Assembly: GCA_965153455.1 (NCBI GenBank)
Contig: OZ234493.1
Location: 33,222,213 to 33,286,212, forward strand
Origin: Sphagnum compactum
Lineage: Eukaryota
Length of the DNA stretch: 64,000 nt
Reading direction: 5' to 3'
Part shown: in pieces, positions 13,480 to 24,689 of the stretch
Numbering within the stretch: position 1 is the stretch's first letter
Layout: each line of letters opens with the position of its first letter
Notes under the pieces: model-generated
Seen by the model: the letters and a program-made list of their open reading frames with translations, nothing else
The model's database searches: none
What the model was told of the DNA's origin: nothing
Program-made: the position numbers and the translations under genes

Positions 13480-13910
13480 TAAGTCCACTTTGGTGAATCG
13501 CAAAGTTCACATTGGCATTTGGCTATTTTGTCAAGTCGACTTAGTTGCCAAATTGCGAAGTCCTTTTTGGCAAATCCCCAATGTCCACATTGCTATTTGG
13601 TTATTTTGCCAAGTTGACTTAATTACCAATTTTCCAAGTCCACATTGCTATTCGGCTATTTTGTTTCAAGTCAAATTTAATTACCAATTTTCCAAGTCCA
13701 CATTGTTATTTGGCTATTTTGCCAAGTTGACTCTTAACTACCAATTTTCAAGCATACTTTGCCAAATTGCAAAGTCCACATTGCTTTTTGGCTATTTTTG
13801 CCAAGTCAACATAATTATCAAAATTTTCAAGTCCACTTTTGCCAAATTGCAAAGTCCACATTGCTATTTGGCTATTTTGCCAAGTCGACTTAATTTATCA
13901 ATTTTCCAAA
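13480..13910. repeat. Degenerate tandem repeat, core AAGTCCACATTGCTATTTGGCTATTTTGCCAAGT, ~6 copies, 55-80 bp period
   Basis: Core at ~13503, 13581, 13635, 13694, 13771, 13851; explains the 216-aa repetitive ORF 13421-14071. Confidence 0.9.
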
Positions 13911-14144
13911 GAACCCAACCCAACAAGGGAATCCAAATAGAAAACTTTGAATATTGTGGACTAGGGTTAGTTTCCACGGTTGACAAAACGAATAATTTTC
14001 AAAAAGGAAAAAAAAAATCACTCCGTTCTTTTAATTTTGAAAATTATGTGACCATTTTTCATGATCTCTAACTATGATATATTGTCATATGAGTAGTGAA
14101 AGTATTCAGAGTGTTGTAGCCTATGTTAATTTGTAATTGATTTA

Positions 14145-14310
14145 GGAAAATTTAAAAATTCACACCTTTTTTGGTTAAATTCACACCCTTCTTTGGTTAT
14201 AAAGTGCGAGCGCTCAGTGGGCAAGGTTTGGCGCCAAAGGACATTCTCTGCATCCTCCGTAAGTAAGGGTGTGAATTTAACCAAAAAAAGGTGTGAATTT
14301 AAAATTTTCC
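14145..14310. mobile_element. MITE with ~46-bp TIRs and 8-bp TSD TTGATTTA (Mutator- or hAT-type)
   Basis: GGAAAATTTAAAAATTCACACCTTTTTTGGTTAAATTCACACCCTT ... AAGGGTGTGAATTTAACCAAAAAAAGGTGTGAATTTAAAATTTTCC; TTGATTTA at 14137-14144 and 14311-14318. Confidence 0.9.
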
Positions 14311-14443
14311 TTGATTTAAAACATATCTCAACTTCATGTTTTCACACAAAAATTTCATTTCACTATTTTTCAGGATTTCTTTAAATGATGAATCTGACCT
14401 TAGGATAAGGTAATCATCCTCATCCCTTGCTTTTAAAATGGTA

Positions 14444-14475
14444 CTAGTTTGAACCCCGTGCCTAATGCACAGGTG
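14444..14475 (-). mobile_element. Probable Helitron 3' terminus (hairpin plus CTAG)
   Basis: Plus strand A|CTAGTTTGAACCCCGTGCCTAATGCACAGG has the same layout as the 7802 end; 5' end not located. Confidence 0.5.
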
Positions 14476-15255
14476 TGTTATTTCAACAATGTTTGATTCA
14501 TGTTTTAGTGTTTTTTTAAAACTTTTATCTTTTATATTTTTATGTGTTTTCTGTTTTTATTATTATTTTGTATAATAAAAATAAAGTGTTTCTTTCTCAC
14601 TTTTGTATTTTTGTTTATTTGAATGCAAGTTTGACGTTTGGAGAAAGAAGACACACCTCATTCTTTTTCAAGTAGGGTTTTTTTTTCATTATTATAAGTT
14701 TTATTTTTTCTTATTTTCTACTCTTTATTTGGTTTCTTCTTTTTTGTAATTTTTTTTCTTTTAAAATGATTTTACTGCATTTCCCTTTCCTTGTTTCATT
14801 TGTTTCCATTCCTTTTTTATAGGAATTTATGTAATGTACAGTAAAGTAAAGATTGAGTTGTTGATTCTGAACTGATGGGGGAGTTGAGGTGCTCCTGCAG
14901 CACTTGTGCTTTCTACTTATTTAAGTGATAGAATTGCTGACTTGATAAAACTTCTGAACTTGTGTTCAGGTTCTCAGCCAGCACTTATTAATAATACATT
15001 GGAACCCTTGCCTTCCTGACCGAGGAAGCCTCGGAGCCATCCATATTTGACCCAGCAAATGTTCGTTCGTGTTAACATTATTATTTGAAGGACATCTTCT
15101 TCTTCACCAATGCTCAGTATGTGACCCTCTAAACATGTCTCTCCTCACATCCAAGTTTTAGTTACTAAACTTCTTTCCAACCCCCCACCCATAAAACTGA
15201 AACTGGGACTGCAACTAGGCAGCAGGAGACTACTACTACTACTACCCTAGTAGTA

Positions 15256-15466
15256 CCTTGGCCACTTCAACACATGTCTGTTGAATAATTAATTAATTAA
15301 TTAATTTTTTGAAATTTTCATTTCAACACATGGAATATATTCCTAAATATTCATTCACCATTTTTTTCTTCACAATATATTTTTTGATTTGGAAGAAAAT
15401 AGTTTTTGAAAATTTCAACATTTCTGAAAATAGTATATAATAATTAGTGTGTCGAATTGGCCAAGG
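15256..15466. mobile_element. Tc1/mariner-type (Stowaway-like) MITE flanked by TA
   Basis: TA|CCTTGGCCACTTCAACACA ... TGTGTCGAATTGGCCAAGG|TA with a very AT-rich interior. Confidence 0.75.
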
Positions 15467-16649
15467 TACCAATCAAGGTAATAGCAACACACTTTGAGCA
15501 CTTCGACCAATCAGAAATAGGGAGCAATCAATAACTCTGTGTATTTTTTTAATTTTTTCCCCTTTGTGTTTGGAAGGTGATTTTTCTTTTTTCTTTTTTG
15601 ACACAAATGGACAAAATCCATTGCAAAACTAATTTTTTTTAAAAATTACCCCCCCCCCCCTCCCCATCATCAGCTGGGCCCCCCTAATAGTAAAATATTT
15701 TTTTGACCCACTATGGCAGTCTTGTAATCAATGAATGAATGCATGTCAAATTTTCCCTGGCACAACCCCCTCTCACTCCCTTTGCTTGCCCTGCCAAATT
15801 CTAACACTGAACTCTGGTCATAACCAGCCCTGCACTTGTGCAGAGTTAATTGTTCTGGGGAGGTCAGATGTTCCAAGTACTACAAGTGATTAAATAAAAG
15901 ATGAAAAAAATATAGGCTAGATGGTGCAATATTATCATGGTTTTTTTATTAAAAAATTTAATAATAAATTTATTTTATAAATAAAATTTATGGCTTCCAG
16001 AACTGAATTGTTTTTCTTGAGTTTGTGAAATGACTTTATATGGTTTAACAAAAATTCCTTTTTATATATGCAAGTATAATAGCTCTTTGTCACATTAGGG
16101 TTTTGGTCATTTGTTCATTTATTGTGCCACTTCTGAAGAGCTCCAACCCCCTTCTAGAGTAGTCCAACCCTCCTCTTGTCCAGTTATTATTATTAGCATA
16201 ACACTTTGCTTTTTATGTGAATTGCAAGATTGCCATTTTCAGGATTGTTGTTTGCAAGTTTGATGAGATGGGATTGCTTCCCATACTCTTAAAACTAACT
16301 AGGAGGAATTGATGTGAACATGCAAAACTTTTATTTCAAGGAAGGAGGGGGGTTGAGGGCAAAACCAAAGAAAGGAAGAAAGGAACATGGTTCATAATCT
16401 AACACATGTAAGTAAGTGGATAATTCTTCATGATCACGATCAAAATTAAGAGACGTCCTTGAGCTACCTACAATGAATAAGATGAATCAAATTATCTTAG
16501 ATGGTAATGGGCAAAGGATTTGTGAGTAGGGGAAATTGAGAGGTAGTCGATCTCGTTAATAATTCTCAACTTAAGATTGTGGAAGGTTGCAATGTTTGAA
16601 GCATGATTAAAATCTTTTGTTTAAAATAGGTGGTGAGGATTGAGAGTGG

Positions 16650-18060
16650 GGAATGTTCTAGGCTTTTCATTCGTCACACATTATTGACGCAAACTTGGAA
16701 GAAAACATAAACTTGTTTATGTAAATAGTCAAAGATTTATTTACTACGGGGAAGAATTGATCTTTTGAGTGGCAATTTTGATTTTTTTTTAAATTTTTTT
16801 TTGGGTGTTGTTTATGATGTTGCAAAGTCATTTGTAGAAAATATTTTGGTGAGAAAATTTTCACGAATGGGAATGGGATCAATAATGACAATGTCTACAA
16901 GTGTTCTTGACCCCATCTTTAGAAAAACCAACATTCACATGATGTTTGAATGTTTAAAGCATAGAAAAAAGAAGAACAAGTAATTGTTTTTGAATCATGT
17001 GATATTTTATCTCTTTTTGAATGGATGCAAAGACATTATGGATGGCATCATATTGATGGATACCCAAGGGATCAATGGGATAAGTGCAAATAGAACAAAG
17101 GAGGCTTTTGATCAAAGGATAGGGTAATCCAAATTGAATTCAGAAGACAATCGAAAATATTGTTGATGATAGGCAAAATGTGGACACCAATGGCCAAGAT
17201 ATGAGCTAAGTGCTTGAACCCGAGCTTAAGCATGAAAGGATGTAAGCTCAATGGACATCAAATGTTCCATTAAAACGATGTTAAAAAAGGTATGTTGGTG
17301 ACATTGAATCTTAAAACTATTCAATTTGTTTGCCGATGAAATGTTCAAAGGAAGAAATACACCCATGGACCATTGGGGGCAACAAATCCCAAGTTATCTT
17401 CAATTGTTGTTGGAAAAAGTGAGTGCCAAAGTCCATGTGAACCAAAGTTTCCAACGAAAAAAGGATGATGGTTAAGTAAAAACTTAGAGGACAAAGATGT
17501 AGCAACTAAAGCCCAACTCCTTAAGAATGTGAGAAGGGCCATTGCAAAAATGGAAATGAAATCGATGCCCCCTAAATAAATATGAAAAGACGTTTGACAA
17601 CGAACCAAGTTTCTTTCATTAAAAAGATCTTAGATTTATAAAACATAGGTCAAAGGACATAAAAAAAAGTTTAATTTTTTTGAAATAGATAGGTGCATCA
17701 AAGACAATATGATGGGTGTTGCAAAAAAAACATTGAATTAGAATTCCAAACGCTACTTAAACATCAACCATCTTAAGTTGTAAATCCACATGCTTGAGAT
17801 CTTTCAATAAAAAATCTTAAATGAAATAAGAAATGAATGTGGTGGATCCCATAGAAATACTAAAAACTTAGAGACCATTGAAAAAGGTGCTAAACAAAGC
17901 TAACGGGGGCAATCGTTGGGTAAGCCTAATGAGGACCAAGTAGCACATTTGTGAGTTTGAACTAAAAGGTTATCACATTAAGCTCTAAGGTTAGGTATTT
18001 GAAAATTTTGTATATTATTGAAGGAGGACTTATAATGTGTTGACAATGTTTATTATGTTT
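16650..18060 (-). mobile_element. Degenerate CRE-like non-LTR retrotransposon fragment (RT C-terminal region, Zn motif, restriction-like endonuclease)
   Basis: Minus-strand fragments LRADNLLVQTHKCATWSS, YLGGIDFISIFAMALLTFLRSWALVA (GGLG motif), CTYPIDPLGIHQYDAIHNVFASI (C-x-C...H...HD motif remnant) and RTLVDIVIIDP (RLE D..D motif), in the expected order. Confidence 0.7.
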
Positions 18061-19118
18061 GAAAAATACCTTATATCTACGAATGTCTTTCCTTGAAAAA
18101 AGGATGAATATTATGCCTACTCCTTAAAGGTGGGCGGAATCTTATGGCTACTTGTAAGAAGAACCCTATCTAGGCCTTTCGATCTACTTATGCTTAGGTT
18201 CATTTTATAATGGGTAAAACCTAGTGGTGATGAGGGACATTCCAAAATGTAAGGCCTAGGACCCAATGGCATTTTGGGAATGGCCCCACCATCAAGCTTT
18301 TAATTTACCATTAAACATAAATTTTATGTTTTATATGATTTTTTTTGTAAATAGGAATCTATACTAGTTAGCTCTAGTGCAACTTGAAAAACCCCATTGG
18401 GGTTAAATGAACAAATACAATACAAGGTGGCACAAGGCCAAGGAAGGGCGAAGCTCACAAACCGGTGAAAACTAACTAAAGGCCTATAGAAAAAAACATC
18501 CCTAAGAATTGGGGGAACCATTAAAGGTCTTGGAGAAACATGTCCTCAACTCATCCTTGGAGGGGGGGGAGAGAGGGACAATGTTTCTTTTATTGGCGAA
18601 TCTTTTTAGAAATTTGACCTAAAAAATATGATTTTGAGCTATGCAAAGGGTTTTTCATGAAAACAATGACTCAAATTTGCCAGATTTTTATAATAAGTTC
18701 TAGTAGGTAGCCAAGAATATTGAAGGATTTTTTTATTTTTTTTTGTTTTCCTACTTTCATATCTAGTATGTAGCCAAATTTGGTTAAATTACTTTGTGAA
18801 CGATCACCACTTTGGCTACATCACACAATCCTTAAAAGAAACTCTGGAGAAGGGTGGGCTTGGTGGACAGGATTAGTGGACATGGGGAGCATTGTCCGTG
18901 GACTAGCCAGGTAAACCCCCTTGGTTAGCTCTAGTTGTAATTTAATTGCATGGTGGTTATGGTCAATCATTGAACTCTCTTGCAATTAAACTACTACAAT
19001 GAACAAATGTTCTTCAGAGAAAATAACAAGTTTTTGTTTTCCTAATACCTCTTATGAGGTGCTTTCAAAGGTGTGTGCCTTGGAGGTTGGGGGCATTTCA
19101 AACCTTGGTTCTTGAAAC

Positions 19119-19370
19119 CATTGGCTATTGGCTATTGACCTATGGCTATTGGTTATTGGCCATTGGTTAAACTCCTACTAGCTATGGCTATTGATTATTG
19201 ACCATTGCCTAAACTTTTACTAGTTATGGCTATTGATTATTGACCATTGGCTAGTGGCTATTGACCACAACTAATGGTTACTGCCTATGGTTGTTAGGTA
19301 TTGACCATTGGTTATTACATGTTGGCTATTGCTCGTTGGCTACTAACGTTGGAAATTGGCTATTGGTCAA
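19119..19370. repeat. Degenerate (GGCTATT/GACCATT)n 7-bp-unit repeat
   Basis: Repeated GGCTATTG/GACCATTG just upstream of the Harbinger transposase remnant. Confidence 0.8.
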
Positions 19371-19558
19371 GCTAGGGTTTAGAATGGGTAACATGGATGC
19401 AAATGAACGATCAATCCATGCTTAGAAAGCTAGTTCTAGGGTTTTGTCTAAATTGGGTGAAATGTAAAATTCATCCATGTAGCCTAGGATTTTCACATGG
19501 GCTATATAAGGAGGGGTTTTTTCCAAAAAAATTTCTCCATTTTCATTTGAGACTAAAG

Positions 19559-21480
19559 ATGTCTTCCTCAAGTGACAATCATGTTTCCTCTTCTAGCGAT
19601 CATTCATCTTCTAATACCGATCATTTCACCTCTACCTCAAGTGATGAGCAAACATTGGAGAATATGGATGAAAATGATATGGTTATTTTCCATTGCATGG
19701 CGATTGCTTGTGACTCCCACAATTTTTTCACATCACATGAGATTGAAAAGGGGGTGGGGCAATCCATGGATGCAAGAGTTGGCGTTTGAGACATTTTGAC
19801 TACAATGCGAGGCACACCACATCTTTTCAAATCCTTGACCAACTTCACATTGGTGGAATTTGATGAATTGGCAACTCTAGCGGTCCCAACAATCTTGGCC
19901 CATGCACAATTTACAGGTGAAGTTCTAATCTCATCTTTAAGGTTTGATTTTTTTAATTAAGAAAAGCTCTTCATTTAGCCTTTAGGGTTAGAAGCTTTTA
20001 AGGTCTGTTTTTAGGGTTAGGGTTTAAGGTTAGAGTTTGATTTTTTATTATGTGACAAATTGTTCATTAAGGTTTTGGGTTTAGGGGTACTTAGGGTCTT
20101 TTTTAGGGTTAAGGTTTAGGTTTAATGTGATATTCATTGGGAAATTGCTCATTAAGGTTTTGAGTCTAAGAGTTTTTACGGTCTGTTTTTAGGGTTATAG
20201 GGTTTAGGGTTAGGGTCTAATTTTTTGTTATGGGGCAAATTGTTTGTTAAGGTTTTGAGTCTAGGGGTTTTTTATGTATGTGTGTAGGGTTAGGGTTTAA
20301 GATTAGAATCTGATTTTTTAATTGGTGGCAAATTGTTCATTAGGGGTTTGAGTTTAAGGGTTTCCAAGGTCTATTTTTAGGGTTAAGGTCTGATTTTTTA
20401 GTTGGTGGTAAATTGTTCATTAGGGTTTTGAGTATAAAGGTTTATAGGGTTTGTTTTTAGGGTTAAGGTTTAGGGTTAAGGTCTGATTTTTTAGTTGGTG
20501 GTAAATTTTTCATTAGGGTTTTGAGTCAAGGGGTTTTAGGTTATTTTTTAGGGTTAGTGTCTGATGTGTTATTTGTTGGCAAATTGTTCATTAAGGTTTT
20601 GATTTTTGGGGTTTTTAGGGTCTACTTTGAAGGTTATGGTTAGGGATTTCAAGTCTAATTTTTTTTGTCTTGCACGAAACCAGGTGAGGTACTAGTTGTA
20701 TCAGGTAAACCATCCACTTGAACAATGTCTCCTTAATTTCATTCTCTACATGAAGCATGACAACATCACTAAGTATCACACATTCATGTGGAATTGGTCT
20801 AAATTTGCATTGTGTGATGATGCATTGTTCATTTCATCATGCATCAACAATGCACTTGGTAATGAAATCTAGTGGCCCACAGTTGAAGAGAGGGTGTCCT
20901 TGGATACACATTTGTGGGAGTTTCCCGGTTGTATTGGGTTCATTGATGACACTTTGATTGATATTTGCAAGCCATGGCAGAATGAGGCACATCACATATG
21001 GTTTAATGGGCGAAAAAATAAAATGCAATGAACAACACGATCATTGTGGACCATCATAGGTTGTTCATCTATGTAGACCCAAGCTACCCGTGCTCTTATC
21101 ATGATGTGAACATTTTATGACACTCAATTGTGTACCAAGATTGGCATAAATATTTCACCCATGGGGATGAGTACTTTACATACCTACTAAGAGATTCAAG
21201 CTATATGGGTGAAGAAATGTTTATTATGCGAAGGATAGGGCGACAAGAATTTGCACTAGATGCTAACCATGATGTAGTGCGAACATATAACAAAATGCAT
21301 GCATGGTTTAGAATGCAAGTGGAAGGGGGATTGGTGGGGTAAAGAGAAAATGGATATGCTTCATGAAGAGGTTTGATTCCACATAGTCTAAGTTTACACA
21401 TTTGTTTCAAGTTGTTGTTATCTTCATTAATTTCCTACAAAGGAGGCATATGGACCTCACATATGATGTTGTTGTTAACA
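19559..21480 (+). mobile_element. PIF/Harbinger (HARBI1-like, DDE_Tnp_4) transposase pseudogene with one intron (19917-20683)
   Basis: LFKSLTNFTLVEFDEL, NEI*WPTVEER, FPGCIGFIDDTLI (GxIDGT), WFNGRK, YPCSYHDVNIL, YLLRDSSYMG (GDxGY), YNKMHAWFRMQVEG, FINFL; several stops and frameshifts; CAG|GTGAAG donor and CAG| acceptor. Confidence 0.9.
19975..20650 (+). repeat. Telomere-motif-rich minisatellite (~80-94 bp unit, 7-8 copies) inside the transposase intron
   Basis: (C)AAATTGTTCATTARGGTTTTGAG at ~20056, 20142, 20236, 20329, 20411, 20503, 20580, interleaved with TTTAGGG/TTAGGG/TTAAGG variants. Confidence 0.9.
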
Positions 21481-21547
21481 TAAGTTATCCGTAATTTCTT
21501 AATTATGGCAGTATGAGAGAAACAACAAAAATTTTCAACATTCAAAA

Positions 21548-21892
21548 GTAAGAGCAAAAACCCTTAACCTCTTTAAGAGCAAAAACTTTCAACCTCTTTA
21601 AGAGCAAAGACAATAACCTTCAACCTCCAAGAGCAAAAACAAAAACCTTCAACCTTTTTAAAAATAAGAACAATAACCTTCAACCTCCAAGAGCAAAAAC
21701 AACTTCAACCTTTTTAAGAACGAGAACAATAACTTTTAACCTCCAAGAGAAAAAACAAAAGCCTTCAACCTCTTTAAGAGCAAGAATAAGAATCTTCAAT
21801 CTCCAAGAGCAAAAACAAAAACCTTCAACCTCTTTAAGAATAAAAACAAGAACTTTCAACCCTTAAGAGAAAAAACAAAAGCCTTCAATCTC
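21548..21892. repeat. Minisatellite of alternating ~26/28-bp units (AAGAGCAAAAACAAAAACCTTCAACCTC[C/TTT])
   Basis: About 12 copies of AAGAGCAA...CCTTCAACCT directly visible. Confidence 0.9.
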
Positions 21893-24689
21893 CGAGTTAT
21901 TTAAATAAATAATATAACTTATAACATCTTTTCAGTTTTATTTCTAAATTAAACAAACAAAAATAATCTTAGTGATAACACATGATATGAAAATTGCATC
22001 ACCAAAAGACTAGGAAACACACAAAATGTTTGAATATAAAGATTTTTTTTAAAAGTTCATTTTGAATTTCTTGACAATAAGCATAAGCACATGAAGGTTG
22101 TTGATGCATTGGGGCAGATTTGTTGATATAATGCCATGTGTCATTTGCTTAAAGGTTTCTCGCCCTAATTTCATATTTTAAAATTTAAAATTTTAAGTTG
22201 AAATATAGTTGCATACTAAATGCAAACAAGTTGAAATGTCATATATATTGGGTGTCGGAAATGTATACATGTGACATGATCATATGTGTTATTCAAGGTC
22301 ATACATTTGTTGCAAAGTAATTGTTGATTATTATCTAAATTTATCTTGTTGTGATGTAGTTGTTACATGTGATTAAAGTGCAACTTGTTAACAAAGTCAA
22401 ACATGGTTGACTATAACCGTAAATACAATGCGTACATTGTATTGTATAAATGTACATCTTGTACTAATTTGCAACCATAATACAACTCCTTGATTTTTTG
22501 ATGTGACATTTTATTTATTAATTTGTCGTATTTCCATGGGATAGTTGCAATGTAGTTATATATTAGTTGTTTTGGAGCTTTAGTTGTAGGGTAGTCTAGT
22601 TGCCGTGGACACAATTTCTCGTGTGACAAGGTTTTTAATTTGTAGGGTTGGAGGTGAAGGTTCACATTCTTGCTATTTGAAGGATGTTTGAAGCCATCCA
22701 CTAGTTAAGGTTTGTAGGAATTCAAAAACCTTGTGGCAACAAATGAAAAATGTCCACAACAATAAAATAAATGCTTGCCAAAAGGTAAGTTCTTTGGCAA
22801 GGTAATCAAAAAAAATTTTTGTCCTCTTACACACTTTGATTTTATAAACCATGATCTCTCGTTTCATGCAATTTGATACTTTTGTTTAAAAAACATGGCC
22901 AATTTAATGCAATGTGCATTCTACTATTCATGTTCAAAGATGAACACTCATTCCCAAATTGTTTTTGCTTATAAATACAAAATGTAGCCCACATTTGGCA
23001 CTCTAAAATTGGACAATCATAGATTGAAAGATATATCTAATATAAAACTTGTGATATGCATATGGTATGCTGAGGATGGCCACCAATTACCAACACAAAA
23101 CTACCACAAACAAAATAATATCAATTGTATGTGGGGCTTTAAATGGACCAAAACACATCATATTGAAAAAAGAACCCTCATCATGGTCTCAAATGGAATA
23201 GAGATCTTGCCCTTCACAAACCATTCCTTGGTTTCAAATCATGTGCAACCCCTAGCACCTTGAGAACCCATGTTGTACCACCTCCCTAATTTCAACAATG
23301 AAAAACATGTTGTGTATTTGTAGATACATAGTTCACACAACTGCCCTACTTCAAGCAATAGTTGAAAATTGGAGTAGGGTGGCAAGCCATTGACAAAGTT
23401 AAGTATAATGGGTCAAAGTCATCACTAATAAGACATAGTTTTCTTCAATTTTTGAATCATGTGGAGTTTGAACTTATTCTTTTTAGTAAAAACATGATGA
23501 TTTTTTCAAACTTGTCATTTCAATCTCCATTTTGGAGTCCACCGATTTCAATGTGCAAGGGAAATATGGGTTGGTGAAGATGGAAATTGTAAATCCTTAT
23601 GCAAGTGTATGCACATGTGGTTGACATGTTAGTACTCCCTTGTGCCTTGTGGTGTATGCTTTATGTTGTTGAGTCTTTTACTTGTCTAGGATTTGCTTGT
23701 GTTAGGTTGGCTAAACTTTAGGGTTTGGAAGTCGATTCCCACCGACAAGTCCTTGTCCTTTGACATCTTCTCTTCATCATTTTCTTGTTTCATCATTTTC
23801 TTTGCATACTCCAATCTTTTGATATTCTAAGTGTGCACAAATTCCAAAATCCAATTTGTTCTATTTCACAATAATATTGCACCCATGTAATCACCTAAGT
23901 TTCAATTGTTCAGCTGAAATATTTTAAAGTTTACATCTCATTTAAATTGTGGGTGTGACAAGTTTCACGGGTAAGAAACTTGTCTTTGAAAATTGTTGTT
24001 GGGTGAAAGTGGCTTAGGATAGAACTATAGTACCACTTCCCACACAAAATTCAAACCATGTAGAGCTTTAAAAAGTTGTCAAGGAGGCACATTTGCATAA
24101 ATGCATGTGAATTGTTGTCCTAGAAGACAATGCTCTCTACTAGTACAAGTCCAAATTGGAATGAGTGAAATGGTATTGGATGTATTGAACAAAAACATGA
24201 CGCCCTCCAAAGTAGCAAATACAACAAGCAAACAACCTAGACAATAGAAAATTTGACACGCCCATAAAACATACATTGCTGATTTATTGCAAACAATAGA
24301 TTCTAAAACCTAGAAATGGATGCATAACAGAGGGCAAAGGGAGAATATTCTTATCTTCTTCTTTGCCATTTGTCACTCCCATGAGTCCACCCACAACAGT
24401 GGTTTGCACAGTCCAACAAGTGCCCAACAATAGGAGCAATTGAAATCTACATTTGCAAATGACTGTAAAATGCTTTGCAGATGTGTGTACGGACACTTGC
24501 GCATGAGCTCTGTGAATCTCAAAATTGGTTTCAAATTTTTGCAGTTGCAGAGAGAGAATTCCGAAGCTCAACTGGCACCAGTCTTTCATGCAATTCTCTC
24601 TCACCAGAAAGGTCAAAAGACTGAGATACATACAGAAAGCAACTGGAACATGAACTTTGAGGAGTATGTACAATTGCTGGAAAGTTTCA

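Noticed and set aside
13480-13910. CRISPR-like look (~34-bp core with variable gaps) and the 216-aa ORF 13421-14071
   Set aside because: The gaps are related to each other, the cores are degenerate, there are no cas genes and the context is eukaryotic; the ORF is a by-product of the repeat.
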